DNA of 64,000 nucleotides. Source: a virus. Lineage: Duplodnaviria; Caudoviricetes. The stretch's first letter is position 1, and every line of letters begins with the position of its first letter. Position numbers and translations under genes: made by a program. Of the stretch, positions 40,641 to 50,826 are shown piece by piece. Location: IMG/VR virus record IMGVR_UViG_3300020460_001010, positions 30,641-94,640 of that record; one strand, 5' to 3'. Under the pieces are notes generated by a model. That model had not been told where the DNA came from. It was given only the letters and a program-made list of their open reading frames with translations, and did not search any database.

Positions 40641-40934
40641 ATGAGATATAAAAACGCAAAAACAAAACCAAATGAGTCAGGTAAAAAAATATTTACATCT
40701 ACATTATATCCACGGGTGAAGCAGAGAAGTACCGATACATTTTTGGTTATGGTTGAGAAGACTCGTCTTGACCACCTTGCATATAAATTTTATGAAGATG
40801 CAAATCATTGGTGGATAATTGCAATTGCAAATAACATAAAGGGGACAATGTATGTCAATCCAGGGACGCAACTTAGAATTCCAAGAGAACTTGGGGAGAT
40901 ATTGCATGACTATAATAAAATAAACAAACGATAG
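40641..40934 (+). CDS. LysM-like baseplate wedge protein (gp53/P2 gpX-like)
   Basis: RLDHLAYKFYEDANHWWIIAIAN and PGTQLRIP. Confidence 0.8.
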   Translation: MRYKNAKTKPNESGKKIFTSTLYPRVKQRSTDTFLVMVEKTRLDHLAYKFYEDANHWWIIAIANNIKGTMYVNPGTQLRIPRELGEILHDYNKINKR

Positions 40935-40947
40935 AAAGGTTATATAG

Positions 40948-43740
40948 ATGTCTTTTTTTGACAATAAATTAAATTCCATAAAGGATAAGGTTTCCGGTTT
41001 GTTTGATGGACTTTCTGACGAAAGTTCGGGTATGTCTAATCTTTTTGGAGGTGCATTTGGAGGATTCTCTGAGGCATTTGATGGGATCTACGATGCGGTA
41101 TCAGGAGTATTCAAACCTCAGTTTGAAACCATGGCCGAGGCAGAAGATGCATTGTTTAATGAACAACCAAAACCTCCCGCACCAGGTAGTATTTATGAGT
41201 CCAGTGTACAGGATGCGAAATCTCATTCGAGTTATGGAGATGTGTTGATGGTTCGTAGTTTTGTGAGAAATGAACTTGCAAATCGTGAACGAGATTTTGG
41301 ATTGTACTATACAAGTAATGGGGAATCTGCCGAGGGAGTACCGGATAATCCAAACGACCCATATACAGGAGAGATGTATCGTGGGCCAAGAAGTGCTTGG
41401 GTTCGGATATGTTCAAATTCACTATATCAACCCGAGGGGTCTTCGGATAAATATACTGGATTTGTTATGCATGGTGTAAATGATTTCAAAGATATATATG
41501 GATTCTCCGAAGATTCTACAAGAGAGTCAAGTTCGAATGTCATTGGATATGATGTATTTGGAAAACCGCATACGGTAAAGGAGAAAATGTTTCACCACCG
41601 ACCATGCCCAGGAATTACAGGAATTGATTCAAAGGTTGTGGACAATATGCAAAATGGGAGAGAGAGTACTATTAAATTAACTTGTTGGAGCAGGTCTCAA
41701 TTGGACTATCTCCAACCTTATTTTTTTAATCCAGGGATATCAATTGTATTGGAGTGGGGGTGGAACACATTTCCAAGAGATGCGTTGATAGATTTGAAGG
41801 ATGAGGGATCCAGTCAAGATGCGGCTGATTGGTCAAGTGCATTTGATATGTGGGATGATGATGTGGCATCTTCTGGTTTAGTGGGTTTACACTACGATGT
41901 ACAATATGCAAATAAACATATAATGCGTGGTCGTGGAAACTATATGTTTTTAATTGGGATGATAACTAACTTTGATTATTCGATTCGTGATGATGGTGGG
42001 TATGATTGTTCTATTGAGATTAAAAATGTCGGTTCTCTTGCACATGAACAAAAAACTAAGAATGGTAAGAAAACTTGTGGCACTGAATTGACGGAGGACG
42101 AGGAAGAGGACGTGACCGAGGACGAAGAAACCAGAACACAGGACTTTGAGGATTTTGTTAACAAACATTTAACCGACTACCTTGATGAGTCTGATGATAC
42201 GAAGGGTGTTGATGTGACTTTTGATGCTCATCCGTTTGGTAAAGACGATGGTGTTTATATGGACAAAGTAACAAAGGGACAATTTACACGTGGAAGATAT
42301 TTTACACCCGACCCCTTTAACGCAAAGTCAAGTTATGAACTTGGGTTTAGTGAAACCAGTTATTATATTACATTCGGACTTTTTGTGGATTTTGTTAATG
42401 AGTTTTATGGGAAAACTGCATTAACTAAAAACGGTTCAAATGCAACATTATTTAAATTTACATGTGAAAGAACCCGTTGTGCAGCTCACCCGAATATTAA
42501 ATCTTTAAATGGTGATGTTTTGTTGATACCAAATTCAACTGCACCACGCAGGAATGGTGGTCCCAGTACATCGGTTGACCGAGTTATATCTGCATCTACT
42601 AGAGGTGTATCTTCACAGGAACTTAAGATTGCTATGATGGCATCTGCATCAACTGGGGGGAAGAAAGCAGACGATTTGGCAACTGCATTAAAATTATCAC
42701 CACGTGATGATTTGTTTGAAATTTTGGCAAATAAGGCAATTCGTACAGGAAATCAAAGACAAATTCGTGAATATGTCAAGGATCAGAAAACTGGAACCTT
42801 GAAAAAGGAATGGATAACGGAACAGGCAGTAAAACCATTTCCAGATTATGTGGAGGGGTCGGGGGGATATTCCGGAAGACTCAAAGATTTATTTATCAAT
42901 GTTGAAATTATTAAAGATGCGGTCTCCAAGTCGGTGGATGTTAAGGGATTTATGACCGACGTATTGAACAAAATGTCGGAGGCATCCGGTGGGTTGTGGA
43001 GTTTTAATTTGGGTGCGGAGGACAAGTCTGTACCGAATTGTCCGGTTATGGCAATTGTGGATAGAAATTATTCAGGACTAGGTTCAACCGACGAACGTCA
43101 GAGGAGTGGTGAGATATATACGTTCAACTCCCATGTAAAAAACAGCATTGTTCAGGGAATGTCATTATCGGTAGAATTGTCAGGAGAGGTTGCAACCGAA
43201 GTAATGGGTTCTGCAAATGCCAAGGATTCGAGTAAGGAGACACGGGCATTCCAACCACTTTCGGAGGACCGAATAATAAACAAAATGCTTCCAAATGAGT
43301 GTGGGGATTCTACATCTGCCAAAAAAGCAGAGGACAAGGATGACATTGATGATCCTGAACGATATATAGTTTTTAAGAAAATAGAGGTTCAAGTCGAGAA
43401 AGGTCTTTTCGAGTGGGATGGTGTTGATACAAATGAAATAAAGATTGAAATGGTGGACACCAATAGACCACGGGCAATGAAGTCAATGAGGAATGACCAA
43501 AATCCACAGAATAATGTGAACTATAATGGACCAGTTAATCCGATAAAACTTGAGATTACATTGATGGGAATTGCTGGGTTTCGTGTTATGGAGGCGTTTA
43601 ATTGCACTGGAATACCAACATTATATTTTACAAGAGGGCATTTTACGATAATAGGAATTACGGATTCCATATCAAACAACAGTTGGACAACAACAATTGA
43701 GGGAACATATGTTACAAATTCCAACGAGATAAAGAAGTGA
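40948..43740 (+). CDS. putative baseplate hub protein
   Basis: Follows the LysM gene; PGITGI, LEWGW, ITNFDYS...GGYDC and C-terminal LEITLMGIAG...WTTTIEG. Confidence 0.55.
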   Translation: MSFFDNKLNSIKDKVSGLFDGLSDESSGMSNLFGGAFGGFSEAFDGIYDAVSGVFKPQFETMAEAEDALFNEQPKPPAPGSIYESSVQDAKSHSSYGDVLMVRSFVRNELANRERDFGLYYTSNGESAEGVPDNPNDPYTGEMYRGPRSAWVRICSNSLYQPEGSSDKYTGFVMHGVNDFKDIYGFSEDSTRESSSNVIGYDVFGKPHTVKEKMFHHRPCPGITGIDSKVVDNMQNGRESTIKLTCWSRSQLDYLQPYFFNPGISIVLEWGWNTFPRDALIDLKDEGSSQDAADWSSAFDMWDDDVASSGLVGLHYDVQYANKHIMRGRGNYMFLIGMITNFDYSIRDDGGYDCSIEIKNVGSLAHEQKTKNGKKTCGTELTEDEEEDVTEDEETRTQDFEDFVNKHLTDYLDESDDTKGVDVTFDAHPFGKDDGVYMDKVTKGQFTRGRYFTPDPFNAKSSYELGFSETSYYITFGLFVDFVNEFYGKTALTKNGSNATLFKFTCERTRCAAHPNIKSLNGDVLLIPNSTAPRRNGGPSTSVDRVISASTRGVSSQELKIAMMASASTGGKKADDLATALKLSPRDDLFEILANKAIRTGNQRQIREYVKDQKTGTLKKEWITEQAVKPFPDYVEGSGGYSGRLKDLFINVEIIKDAVSKSVDVKGFMTDVLNKMSEASGGLWSFNLGAEDKSVPNCPVMAIVDRNYSGLGSTDERQRSGEIYTFNSHVKNSIVQGMSLSVELSGEVATEVMGSANAKDSSKETRAFQPLSEDRIINKMLPNECGDSTSAKKAEDKDDIDDPERYIVFKKIEVQVEKGLFEWDGVDTNEIKIEMVDTNRPRAMKSMRNDQNPQNNVNYNGPVNPIKLEITLMGIAGFRVMEAFNCTGIPTLYFTRGHFTIIGITDSISNNSWTTTIEGTYVTNSNEIKK

Positions 43741-43747
43741 TATAGGT

Positions 43748-44158
43748 ATGAGTGAGTTTGACGATATTGATGTGTATAAAGTTTTGTCCCGACAAGATAC
43801 TTCTTTTTATTCCGACCACCCCAAACCACATTTTCCAAAACCAGATGACTCGGAATACGCATCTGGATATGTTAGACGGTACTTTTCCCGCAAGACAAAT
43901 GATGAGAACGCACCCATTGTGGAAATAAGTGAACACACTGCATCGTTGTTTGTAGATAACCCGTTTTACATAATTGTTGGGATAACATGGAAAATTGCAG
44001 GACAAATGAACACGGTGAACCTCGGTGGTGTTGAGTATGAGGAGGGGGTTGCGGAATATAACCATCGTGCGGTAACGAACGCAAATACCAAGATACCTGG
44101 ATTGCAGGACAAACTATCAGATGTATTTCAGTTTTATAGAAGTCAAAAGAGAAGTTGA
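43748..44158 (+). CDS. hypothetical protein (end of baseplate module)
   Basis: 136 aa; PKPDDSEYASGYVRRYF and WKIAG. Confidence 0.7.
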   Translation: MSEFDDIDVYKVLSRQDTSFYSDHPKPHFPKPDDSEYASGYVRRYFSRKTNDENAPIVEISEHTASLFVDNPFYIIVGITWKIAGQMNTVNLGGVEYEEGVAEYNHRAVTNANTKIPGLQDKLSDVFQFYRSQKRS

Positions 44159-44183
44159 CAAATTGAAGTTGCTGATGTAATAT
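44155..44183 (+). promoter_or_regulatory. sigma70-type promoter (leaderless geometry)
   Basis: TTGACA (44155-60), N17, TAATAT (44178-83); ATG at 44190 with no SD sequence. Confidence 0.65.
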
Positions 44184-44189
44184 TACTAA

Positions 44190-45485
44190 ATGCGATTTGT
44201 TGAAACTGGAAAGGATGTTGGTGTGTTGTTTGATGCCCTGTCCACCGGGGAGTGCTTTATGTACATATGGTATCGGCACGGATTACATCCCACAAAAGAT
44301 GAACCATTTGTGTTGATGATACACCATTATGGAACTGATGAGATATATGTGGTTTCATTTTCACATCCAGATTGTATTTCCACAGAACCGAGGGTGCTAC
44401 AACTAATTGCAAATACGGAATGTAGGAAATATGTGCTAGACCGAAAGAATATGTTGTATTTTGTTGATATGAAGAATTGTGTGGATATCGGTTTGGATGT
44501 ATATGCCAAAACGTTAACTCAAATTGAGTTTGATAAATTTCGGTGTAATGATATTAGATCTATACCAATAATGCATATGATAAAAAGTTTCAAGGATATT
44601 TCCAATAGTATACACCCACATATAAATACCGTGGACGAGAATATGACCAAATATGAGTCGGAGTTTTCATATGTTTTGAAGGATATTGAGGAGTCGGGTA
44701 TTTATGTGAATAATTTTAATTTAGGAGATTCATCATTGGTGGATGAATCTAATTTGGTATATAGTCAATATAATATGAAAACACCCACCGGCCGACCGAG
44801 TAATAGATTTGGTGGAGTTAATTACGCTGCATTGAATAAAAAGACCGGTGACAGAGATTGTTTCGTAAGTCGGTATGGAAAAGACGGAGCAATCGTTATG
44901 ATGGATTACGAAAGTTATCACCTTCGTTTGTTTGGCAATCACGTGGAGTTTGATTTACCCAACGAATCTTTACATGGATATTTAGGAAAATTGTATCACG
45001 GAAAAGAAGAACTAACTGAAGAAGAATATGATTTATCCAAGAAGATTACTTTTAATTTGATTTACGGAGGAATAACCGATGATGTGCGTGACAATGTTCC
45101 GTTCATGGCAAGAATTGCAGATTTCGTAGACGAAACATGGAACTTCTATAAACAAAATGGATATGTTGAAACTTGGTTTTACAAAAGAAAATTAAAGTCT
45201 TCAATTTTTAATGACAAAACAAACTCGTACAAAGTTTTCAATTATCTACTACAATCTGCCGAAACTGAACGAAATTGTGGAATAATGCGTAAAGTTCTCG
45301 ATTATATACACGGAAAACGAATAAAGTTTTTCCTATACACATACGATGCATTTTTATTTGATATCCAACGGGAGGAGTTCGGTGAGGTGAAGAATCTTGC
45401 CGAGATAATGGATGATGGTGGAAAGTATCCAGTTCGGGTTGAAGTGGGTGGAAACTATGGAGATTTGCGTGAAGTGACCTTTTAG
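44190..45485 (+). CDS. short family-A DNA polymerase-like protein
   Basis: TPTGRPS, motif A MDYESYHLR, motif B SKKITFNLIYG, NYLLQS and motif C YTYDAFLF. Confidence 0.8.
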   Translation: MRFVETGKDVGVLFDALSTGECFMYIWYRHGLHPTKDEPFVLMIHHYGTDEIYVVSFSHPDCISTEPRVLQLIANTECRKYVLDRKNMLYFVDMKNCVDIGLDVYAKTLTQIEFDKFRCNDIRSIPIMHMIKSFKDISNSIHPHINTVDENMTKYESEFSYVLKDIEESGIYVNNFNLGDSSLVDESNLVYSQYNMKTPTGRPSNRFGGVNYAALNKKTGDRDCFVSRYGKDGAIVMMDYESYHLRLFGNHVEFDLPNESLHGYLGKLYHGKEELTEEEYDLSKKITFNLIYGGITDDVRDNVPFMARIADFVDETWNFYKQNGYVETWFYKRKLKSSIFNDKTNSYKVFNYLLQSAETERNCGIMRKVLDYIHGKRIKFFLYTYDAFLFDIQREEFGEVKNLAEIMDDGGKYPVRVEVGGNYGDLREVTF

Positions 45486-45525
45486 TAAAATTGTTGTATA
45501 TTTATTAGTAATAATAGGTTACAAT

Positions 45526-45921
45526 ATGAATACACAATTACTATGTACTTTCAGTACCGTAGATGGGTACAATGACGATGTTGATGCGATAGTTAAGTTT
45601 TATAGTGTGTTGTTTGGAAAGGTCTATGTATTGCAAAATGAAGATAATTTGAACAATTTAATGTTGACTTACAACATTAATCCGAATAGTTTAAGTGTAA
45701 ACAGATATTACGCAAATACAATAAGTGTACATCGCAAAAAAGATTCCAATACAATATACACGATAAATTCATTGAACGCATTGATAAAAGATTTAAATGG
45801 AGGAGTCCTCGACCGTAATTTTTCAGTGGACTGGAATCAATACCGAAATATCATTTTGTTAACTGATGAGTCTTCGTATAAGAAGATTCCAACAAAATTG
45901 TATAAAATAATTAATATTTAA
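45526..45921 (+). CDS. hypothetical protein
   Basis: 131 aa; HRKKDSNTIYTINSLN. Confidence 0.75.
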   Translation: MNTQLLCTFSTVDGYNDDVDAIVKFYSVLFGKVYVLQNEDNLNNLMLTYNINPNSLSVNRYYANTISVHRKKDSNTIYTINSLNALIKDLNGGVLDRNFSVDWNQYRNIILLTDESSYKKIPTKLYKIINI

Positions 45922-45944
45922 AACTATGAACTCAATTAAATAGG

Positions 45945-45973
45945 TTGACGTATTTAATAAAAAACAATAAGGT
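45945..45973 (+). promoter_or_regulatory. possible sigma70-type promoter of the prkA operon
   Basis: TTGACG, N17, TAAGGT. Confidence 0.45.
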
Positions 45974-45982
45974 TATAAACAT

Positions 45983-48085
45983 ATGGAAAATAAAAAAGAA
46001 TCTTCAAAAAACAAGTCGGATAAATCTAATAGTTTATCATCCATTATTAAACGGGAGAACAATGAGGCAGTTTCCGACTATCGTGTACAAAATTGGACAG
46101 GTACATTTTGGGAGTACCTTGAACTTGTGGAGGACAATCCGAAGATTGTTCGGAACGCATATCAACGTTTGTTTGATATGGTAACTTCACATGGAATTGA
46201 GGAAATTGAATATTGCAAGAGAAAGTATGTAAAGTATAATTTTTTCAAAGATCGGGGTGACATCTCCATTTATGGGTTAGAAGAAAATCTAATGGAACTG
46301 ATGGATACACTCAAAAGTGCAAGTAGACATTATGGACCCGAACGACGTGTATTGCTTCTACACGGTCCTGTGGGAAGTAGTAAGTCAACCATCGTCACGG
46401 CATTGAAGAAAGGACTTGAGGAATATTCACAAACCAACGAGGGTGCGTTGTATAGTTTTAGTTGGAAGGTTGTTGATAGTGAGGGTAATGAGCAAATCGT
46501 ACCCTGTCCCATGAATGAAGAACCATTGAAGTTGCTACCAGATGACGTTAGGTCGGAGATTATAGGCAAATTGAATGCTTCTATAAAAGAGTCAGACTAT
46601 CAAATTAGATTGGATGGTTCGTTGAATCCTGTAAATGAGTTTTACTATAAGAAGTTGATGGAGCAGTATGGTGGGGATTATCGCAAGGTTCTGGACCATG
46701 TAGTGGTTCGTAGAGTTATAGTATCCGAAAAGAATCGGGTGGGTATTGGAACTTTTCAACCCAAAGACGAGAAGTCTCAAGACGCAACTGAACTTACAGG
46801 TGACATCAACTACCGCAAGTTGGCAGAGTACGGAAGTGAAAGTGACCCACGGGCGTTTGACTTTGACGGAGAGTTTTTGGTATCAAATCGTGGACTCATT
46901 GAGTTTCAAGAAATCCTTAAGTTGCAGACCGAATTCTTGTATGACCTACTTGGTGCAACCCAAGAGCATCGTGTTAAACCACGTCGTTTCAACCAAGTAC
47001 CTATTGACGAAGTTATTCTTGGACATACGAATAATGCTGAATTTGAAAAGTTGAAGAACAACAAGTTCATGGAAGCATTGCGTGATAGAACCATCAAGGT
47101 GGACATTCCATATTTGCTGAAGATTTCAGAAGAACAAAAGATTTATGATCACTTCTATAACAACAAGTCGGTCAACAAGCACATTGCACCACACACTACG
47201 TATTTGGCTGCATTGTTCTCTGTTGTAAGTCGTTTGGAAGAAAGTTCCAAACACGACATGAGCATCATTCAAAAGGCAAAACTTTACAATGGTCAGAGTG
47301 TTCATGGATTTACTGACGAACACGTCAAGGAAATGCAAGAAGAGTCACCAAACGAAGGATTGTATGGTGGAGTTTCTGCACGATTCATACAGAACCAGTT
47401 TTCCAATGCAATCGTTAATCCAAGAATGGGTGCAAAGAGTTTGAATCCGTTTATGTTGTTTGCACAAATCCGTGAAGGATTGAAAAGTTATAGTGGATTT
47501 CAAAGTGAAGACCAAAAGAAGACCATGATGGAACGTCTTGAACTTGTAGAAAAGGAATACGATAGAATTGTGAAACGAGAAGTACAACAAGCACTTAGTA
47601 GCAGTGAAGAAGCAATAAAGGCACTCTGCACAAACTACATTGATAACATCGTGGCATACATTCAAGACGAAAAGGTTAAGAACCCCGTCACCGGTAAGGA
47701 TGAGCAAGCAAACGAACAACTTATGCGTAGCATTGAAGAAAAGATTGGAATCTCCGAAGGAATGAAGGATGATTTCCGCAGAGAAATCATGAACTACATG
47801 GGTGGCCTTGCCGCCAAGGGCAAAGAGTTTAAGTATGATTCCAACGAGCAACTTTACAAGGCACTTGAAAAGAAGTTGTTTGAAGATACCAAGGATAGCA
47901 TCAAGTTGTCTGCTCTTGCTCAAGATACCGCAACTGTTGTTGATAAGGAACTTCTTGAAAAGATTGATGCGTTGAAGCAACGTCTTATCACTTCGTTTGG
48001 ATACGATGAAGATAGTGCATCGGATGTTCTCACCTATGTAGGTAGTATTTTTGCCCGTGGTGACGTTGACGATGACGAAGATTAA
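45983..48085 (+). CDS. prkA: PrkA/YeaG family AAA+ serine protein kinase/ATPase
   Basis: RNAYQR, Walker A LLHGPVGSSKS, CPMNEEPL, PKDEKSQD, SESDPRAF, NRGLIEFQE, EALRDR and GVSARF. Confidence 0.93.
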   Translation: MENKKESSKNKSDKSNSLSSIIKRENNEAVSDYRVQNWTGTFWEYLELVEDNPKIVRNAYQRLFDMVTSHGIEEIEYCKRKYVKYNFFKDRGDISIYGLEENLMELMDTLKSASRHYGPERRVLLLHGPVGSSKSTIVTALKKGLEEYSQTNEGALYSFSWKVVDSEGNEQIVPCPMNEEPLKLLPDDVRSEIIGKLNASIKESDYQIRLDGSLNPVNEFYYKKLMEQYGGDYRKVLDHVVVRRVIVSEKNRVGIGTFQPKDEKSQDATELTGDINYRKLAEYGSESDPRAFDFDGEFLVSNRGLIEFQEILKLQTEFLYDLLGATQEHRVKPRRFNQVPIDEVILGHTNNAEFEKLKNNKFMEALRDRTIKVDIPYLLKISEEQKIYDHFYNNKSVNKHIAPHTTYLAALFSVVSRLEESSKHDMSIIQKAKLYNGQSVHGFTDEHVKEMQEESPNEGLYGGVSARFIQNQFSNAIVNPRMGAKSLNPFMLFAQIREGLKSYSGFQSEDQKKTMMERLELVEKEYDRIVKREVQQALSSSEEAIKALCTNYIDNIVAYIQDEKVKNPVTGKDEQANEQLMRSIEEKIGISEGMKDDFRREIMNYMGGLAAKGKEFKYDSNEQLYKALEKKLFEDTKDSIKLSALAQDTATVVDKELLEKIDALKQRLITSFGYDEDSASDVLTYVGSIFARGDVDDDED

Positions 48086-48106
48086 TAATCAACGGACATT
48101 CACAGT

Positions 48107-49255
48107 ATGCCATCACGCAGAGTCAGAGAAGACCACAAAGAATATAGAGACATCGTCAAAGGAAATGTTGACGAAAAACTCAAGAAGCACATAAAAGGTG
48201 GTCAACGAATAACACGAAGAGGAAAAGACTTTGTTGTTGTTCGTGTTCCACATGTAGAACTTCCAAGTTTTCGTTACGGAAAACCTTCCAATGGAGAGGG
48301 AGTCGGTAACGGAGAAGTTGGAGTGGGTGATGAAGTAGGTGATGGACCTCCACAGGATGGAAGTGGCAATGAACCTGGAGAGGGTGGAAGTGGTGATGGT
48401 GAACACGAAATAGATGTTGGAATTAGCATGGATGCGTATTTTGACATGATAGGTGATGAACTTAAGTTACCAAATCTACAACCAAAAGAAAATGGTGATT
48501 TGGTGAAGGAAAAGATTAAGTGGAATCGCATCGCAAAGGTAGGCAACAATAGTTTGCTTCACAAAAGACGAACACTCAAGAATGCGTTTAAACGGATCAT
48601 CTCCGTAGGTGAGTTTGATCCATTGGACGTATCCAATGTATATCCGATTAAGGAAGACAAAGAATTTAGAAGTTGGAGTTCGGTTGAAGTACCTGATACA
48701 AACGCTGCTATCTTTTTTGTTGCGGACATATCCGCAAGTATGGATACTGAAAAACGTTCGTTAATTCGTGAACTCTGTTGGTATTTGGAAAACTGGATTG
48801 AGAGATTCTACCAAGAGACCCAGAAGAAATATATAGTACATGATCATGTTGCACAAGAAGTAGACCAAGAGAAATTTTATAAATATAGGAGTGGGGGAGG
48901 AACGCAAATCAGCAGTGCGTTTGAACTTGTAAATGATGTTATAGAAAAGGCATTTCCTCTCAATGAATGGAATATCTATGTATTTTACTTGAGTGATGGA
49001 GAAAATTTTGGTGATGACAACGAACTCTGCGTGGAACATCTTAAGAAGATGCAAACTTATACCAACTTGATTGGGATTACGGAAGTCAAGGCAGTTCGTA
49101 GTTGGGCAACATTTTTACCTCACATTCGGAAACGGATTGAAGATAAGACATTAGATTTTAACAAGATTTCAACTGCATCTATGGAAAGTCAGAGTGATGT
49201 GCTAAAAACACTTCAGTCGTTACTAACACCTGAGGATGAAGAAGTACCTTTTTGA
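48107..49255 (+). CDS. yeaH: YeaH/YhbH (DUF444) vWA-domain protein
   Basis: Gly-rich linker, LKLPNL, MIDAS elements DISASM, SGGGTQIS and LSDGEN; WNIY. Confidence 0.9.
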   Translation: MPSRRVREDHKEYRDIVKGNVDEKLKKHIKGGQRITRRGKDFVVVRVPHVELPSFRYGKPSNGEGVGNGEVGVGDEVGDGPPQDGSGNEPGEGGSGDGEHEIDVGISMDAYFDMIGDELKLPNLQPKENGDLVKEKIKWNRIAKVGNNSLLHKRRTLKNAFKRIISVGEFDPLDVSNVYPIKEDKEFRSWSSVEVPDTNAAIFFVADISASMDTEKRSLIRELCWYLENWIERFYQETQKKYIVHDHVAQEVDQEKFYKYRSGGGTQISSAFELVNDVIEKAFPLNEWNIYVFYLSDGENFGDDNELCVEHLKKMQTYTNLIGITEVKAVRSWATFLPHIRKRIEDKTLDFNKISTASMESQSDVLKTLQSLLTPEDEEVPF

Positions 49256-49257
49256 AT

Positions 49258-50823
49258 ATGGGAATTGCGTGTGAAATTGATAGTCTGAACTATGGAGTTT
49301 GTCCAGAGTTGGCTGCCCTTATACCAGATGTACTGAAGGCGTGTTACGACAATGGACTTGATCCATATCCGTTGTGTATTGAAGAATTTGATGCAGACGA
49401 AATTGTAGAGATTGCGGCGTATGGTGGATTTCCTGTTCGTTATCCTCATTTTAATTTCGGACAACAATTTGAGCAGTTACATCATCAGTATCATTCTGGT
49501 ATGGGTAAGATTTACGAAATGGTTGTAAATACTGATCCAACTTATATGTACCTTCAACGAAACAATCCTATCGTTGATAATCTTACTGTTGTTGCACACG
49601 CAACTGCACATAGTGATTTCTTTAAGAACAACATTATGTTTAAGCATACGAATCGTAACATGATGAATGTGATGGCAAATCATAGTGATAAGATTCGTAT
49701 GTACATGGATCGTTTTGGTCGCAAAAAAGTGAAGGACTTTTTGAATGCAGCTCTTGCTATTGATAGTTTGATTGACCCTTCTTTGTGTTATCGTGAAAGT
49801 AATCTGAAAAAAGCATCCAAGTTTAATTTTGAAGACAGAAAACCAAGAGAGCACGTATCTCGGTTGAACACCAAGGAGTATATGGAGAAGTATGTTAATC
49901 CATCCCACTATATTGAGAAACAACGGAGGGAACGTGAAGAAAGACAAAAGTTAGCAGAAAATAAATTTCCTCTTAACCCAGAACGAGATATTATGTTGAT
50001 GATTATTAACCATGTTCGTCTTGAACCTTGGCAACAAAATATTCTTAGTATGATTCGTGATGAGTCTATTTACTATCGTCCACAGGGAATGACCAAGGTT
50101 CTCAATGAGGGTTGGGCAAGTTATTGGGACTCCTATATAATGGCAAGTTGCAACTTTGCAGGAGACGAAGGAATTTTTGATTATGCGAAGCACCACGCCG
50201 GAGTTCTCGGTGGTAAATATAACATGAACAATCCATATAAACTTGGAAACACTTTATTACGTGACATTGAAGACCGTTGGAATAAAGGCAAGTTTGGTAA
50301 AGAGTATGAAAATTGCGACAACGGAGAAGAAAAAAGATATTGGAATAAAAATCTTGGTCTTGGACGAGAGAAACTTTATGAGGTTCGTGAGAACTACAAC
50401 GATGTTACATTTTTAAATGAATTTTTTACCAAAGACTTTTGCGAAAAGCATAAATATTTCGAATATGCACTTGATAAGGATACCAATAAATATGTGGTGG
50501 TTAGCAAGGACTATAAGAAAATAAAAAGTAAACTTATAGACCGTCATGTTAATATGGGAATGCCTGTAATTTACATGGAGAACATGAAATACAAAAACAA
50601 TGAAATTTTACTTAGACATGAATTTGAAGGTAGACCCCTTGATGTAAAATACGCAACCGGAACAATGGCATATTTACATGAGATTATCAAAAAACCTATT
50701 AATATTTTGACCAGTGATGTTCTTGAGGAGGGATATGGTAGGGAGAAAGAAACGGTAGAAGTTGAGGTTAGGTATCGTTACAATAATGGTGAGATGAAAC
50801 GATACGAGGGTAGTAAAGTTTAA
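49258..50823 (+). CDS. spoVR: SpoVR/YcgB family protein
   Basis: GFPVRYPH, KIYEMVVNTDP, VAHATAHSDFFKNN, TKVLNEGWASYW and NPYKLG. An alternative TTG start lies at 49252. Confidence 0.92.
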   Translation: MGIACEIDSLNYGVCPELAALIPDVLKACYDNGLDPYPLCIEEFDADEIVEIAAYGGFPVRYPHFNFGQQFEQLHHQYHSGMGKIYEMVVNTDPTYMYLQRNNPIVDNLTVVAHATAHSDFFKNNIMFKHTNRNMMNVMANHSDKIRMYMDRFGRKKVKDFLNAALAIDSLIDPSLCYRESNLKKASKFNFEDRKPREHVSRLNTKEYMEKYVNPSHYIEKQRREREERQKLAENKFPLNPERDIMLMIINHVRLEPWQQNILSMIRDESIYYRPQGMTKVLNEGWASYWDSYIMASCNFAGDEGIFDYAKHHAGVLGGKYNMNNPYKLGNTLLRDIEDRWNKGKFGKEYENCDNGEEKRYWNKNLGLGREKLYEVRENYNDVTFLNEFFTKDFCEKHKYFEYALDKDTNKYVVVSKDYKKIKSKLIDRHVNMGMPVIYMENMKYKNNEILLRHEFEGRPLDVKYATGTMAYLHEIIKKPINILTSDVLEEGYGREKETVEVEVRYRYNNGEMKRYEGSKV

Positions 50824-50826
50824 CAA

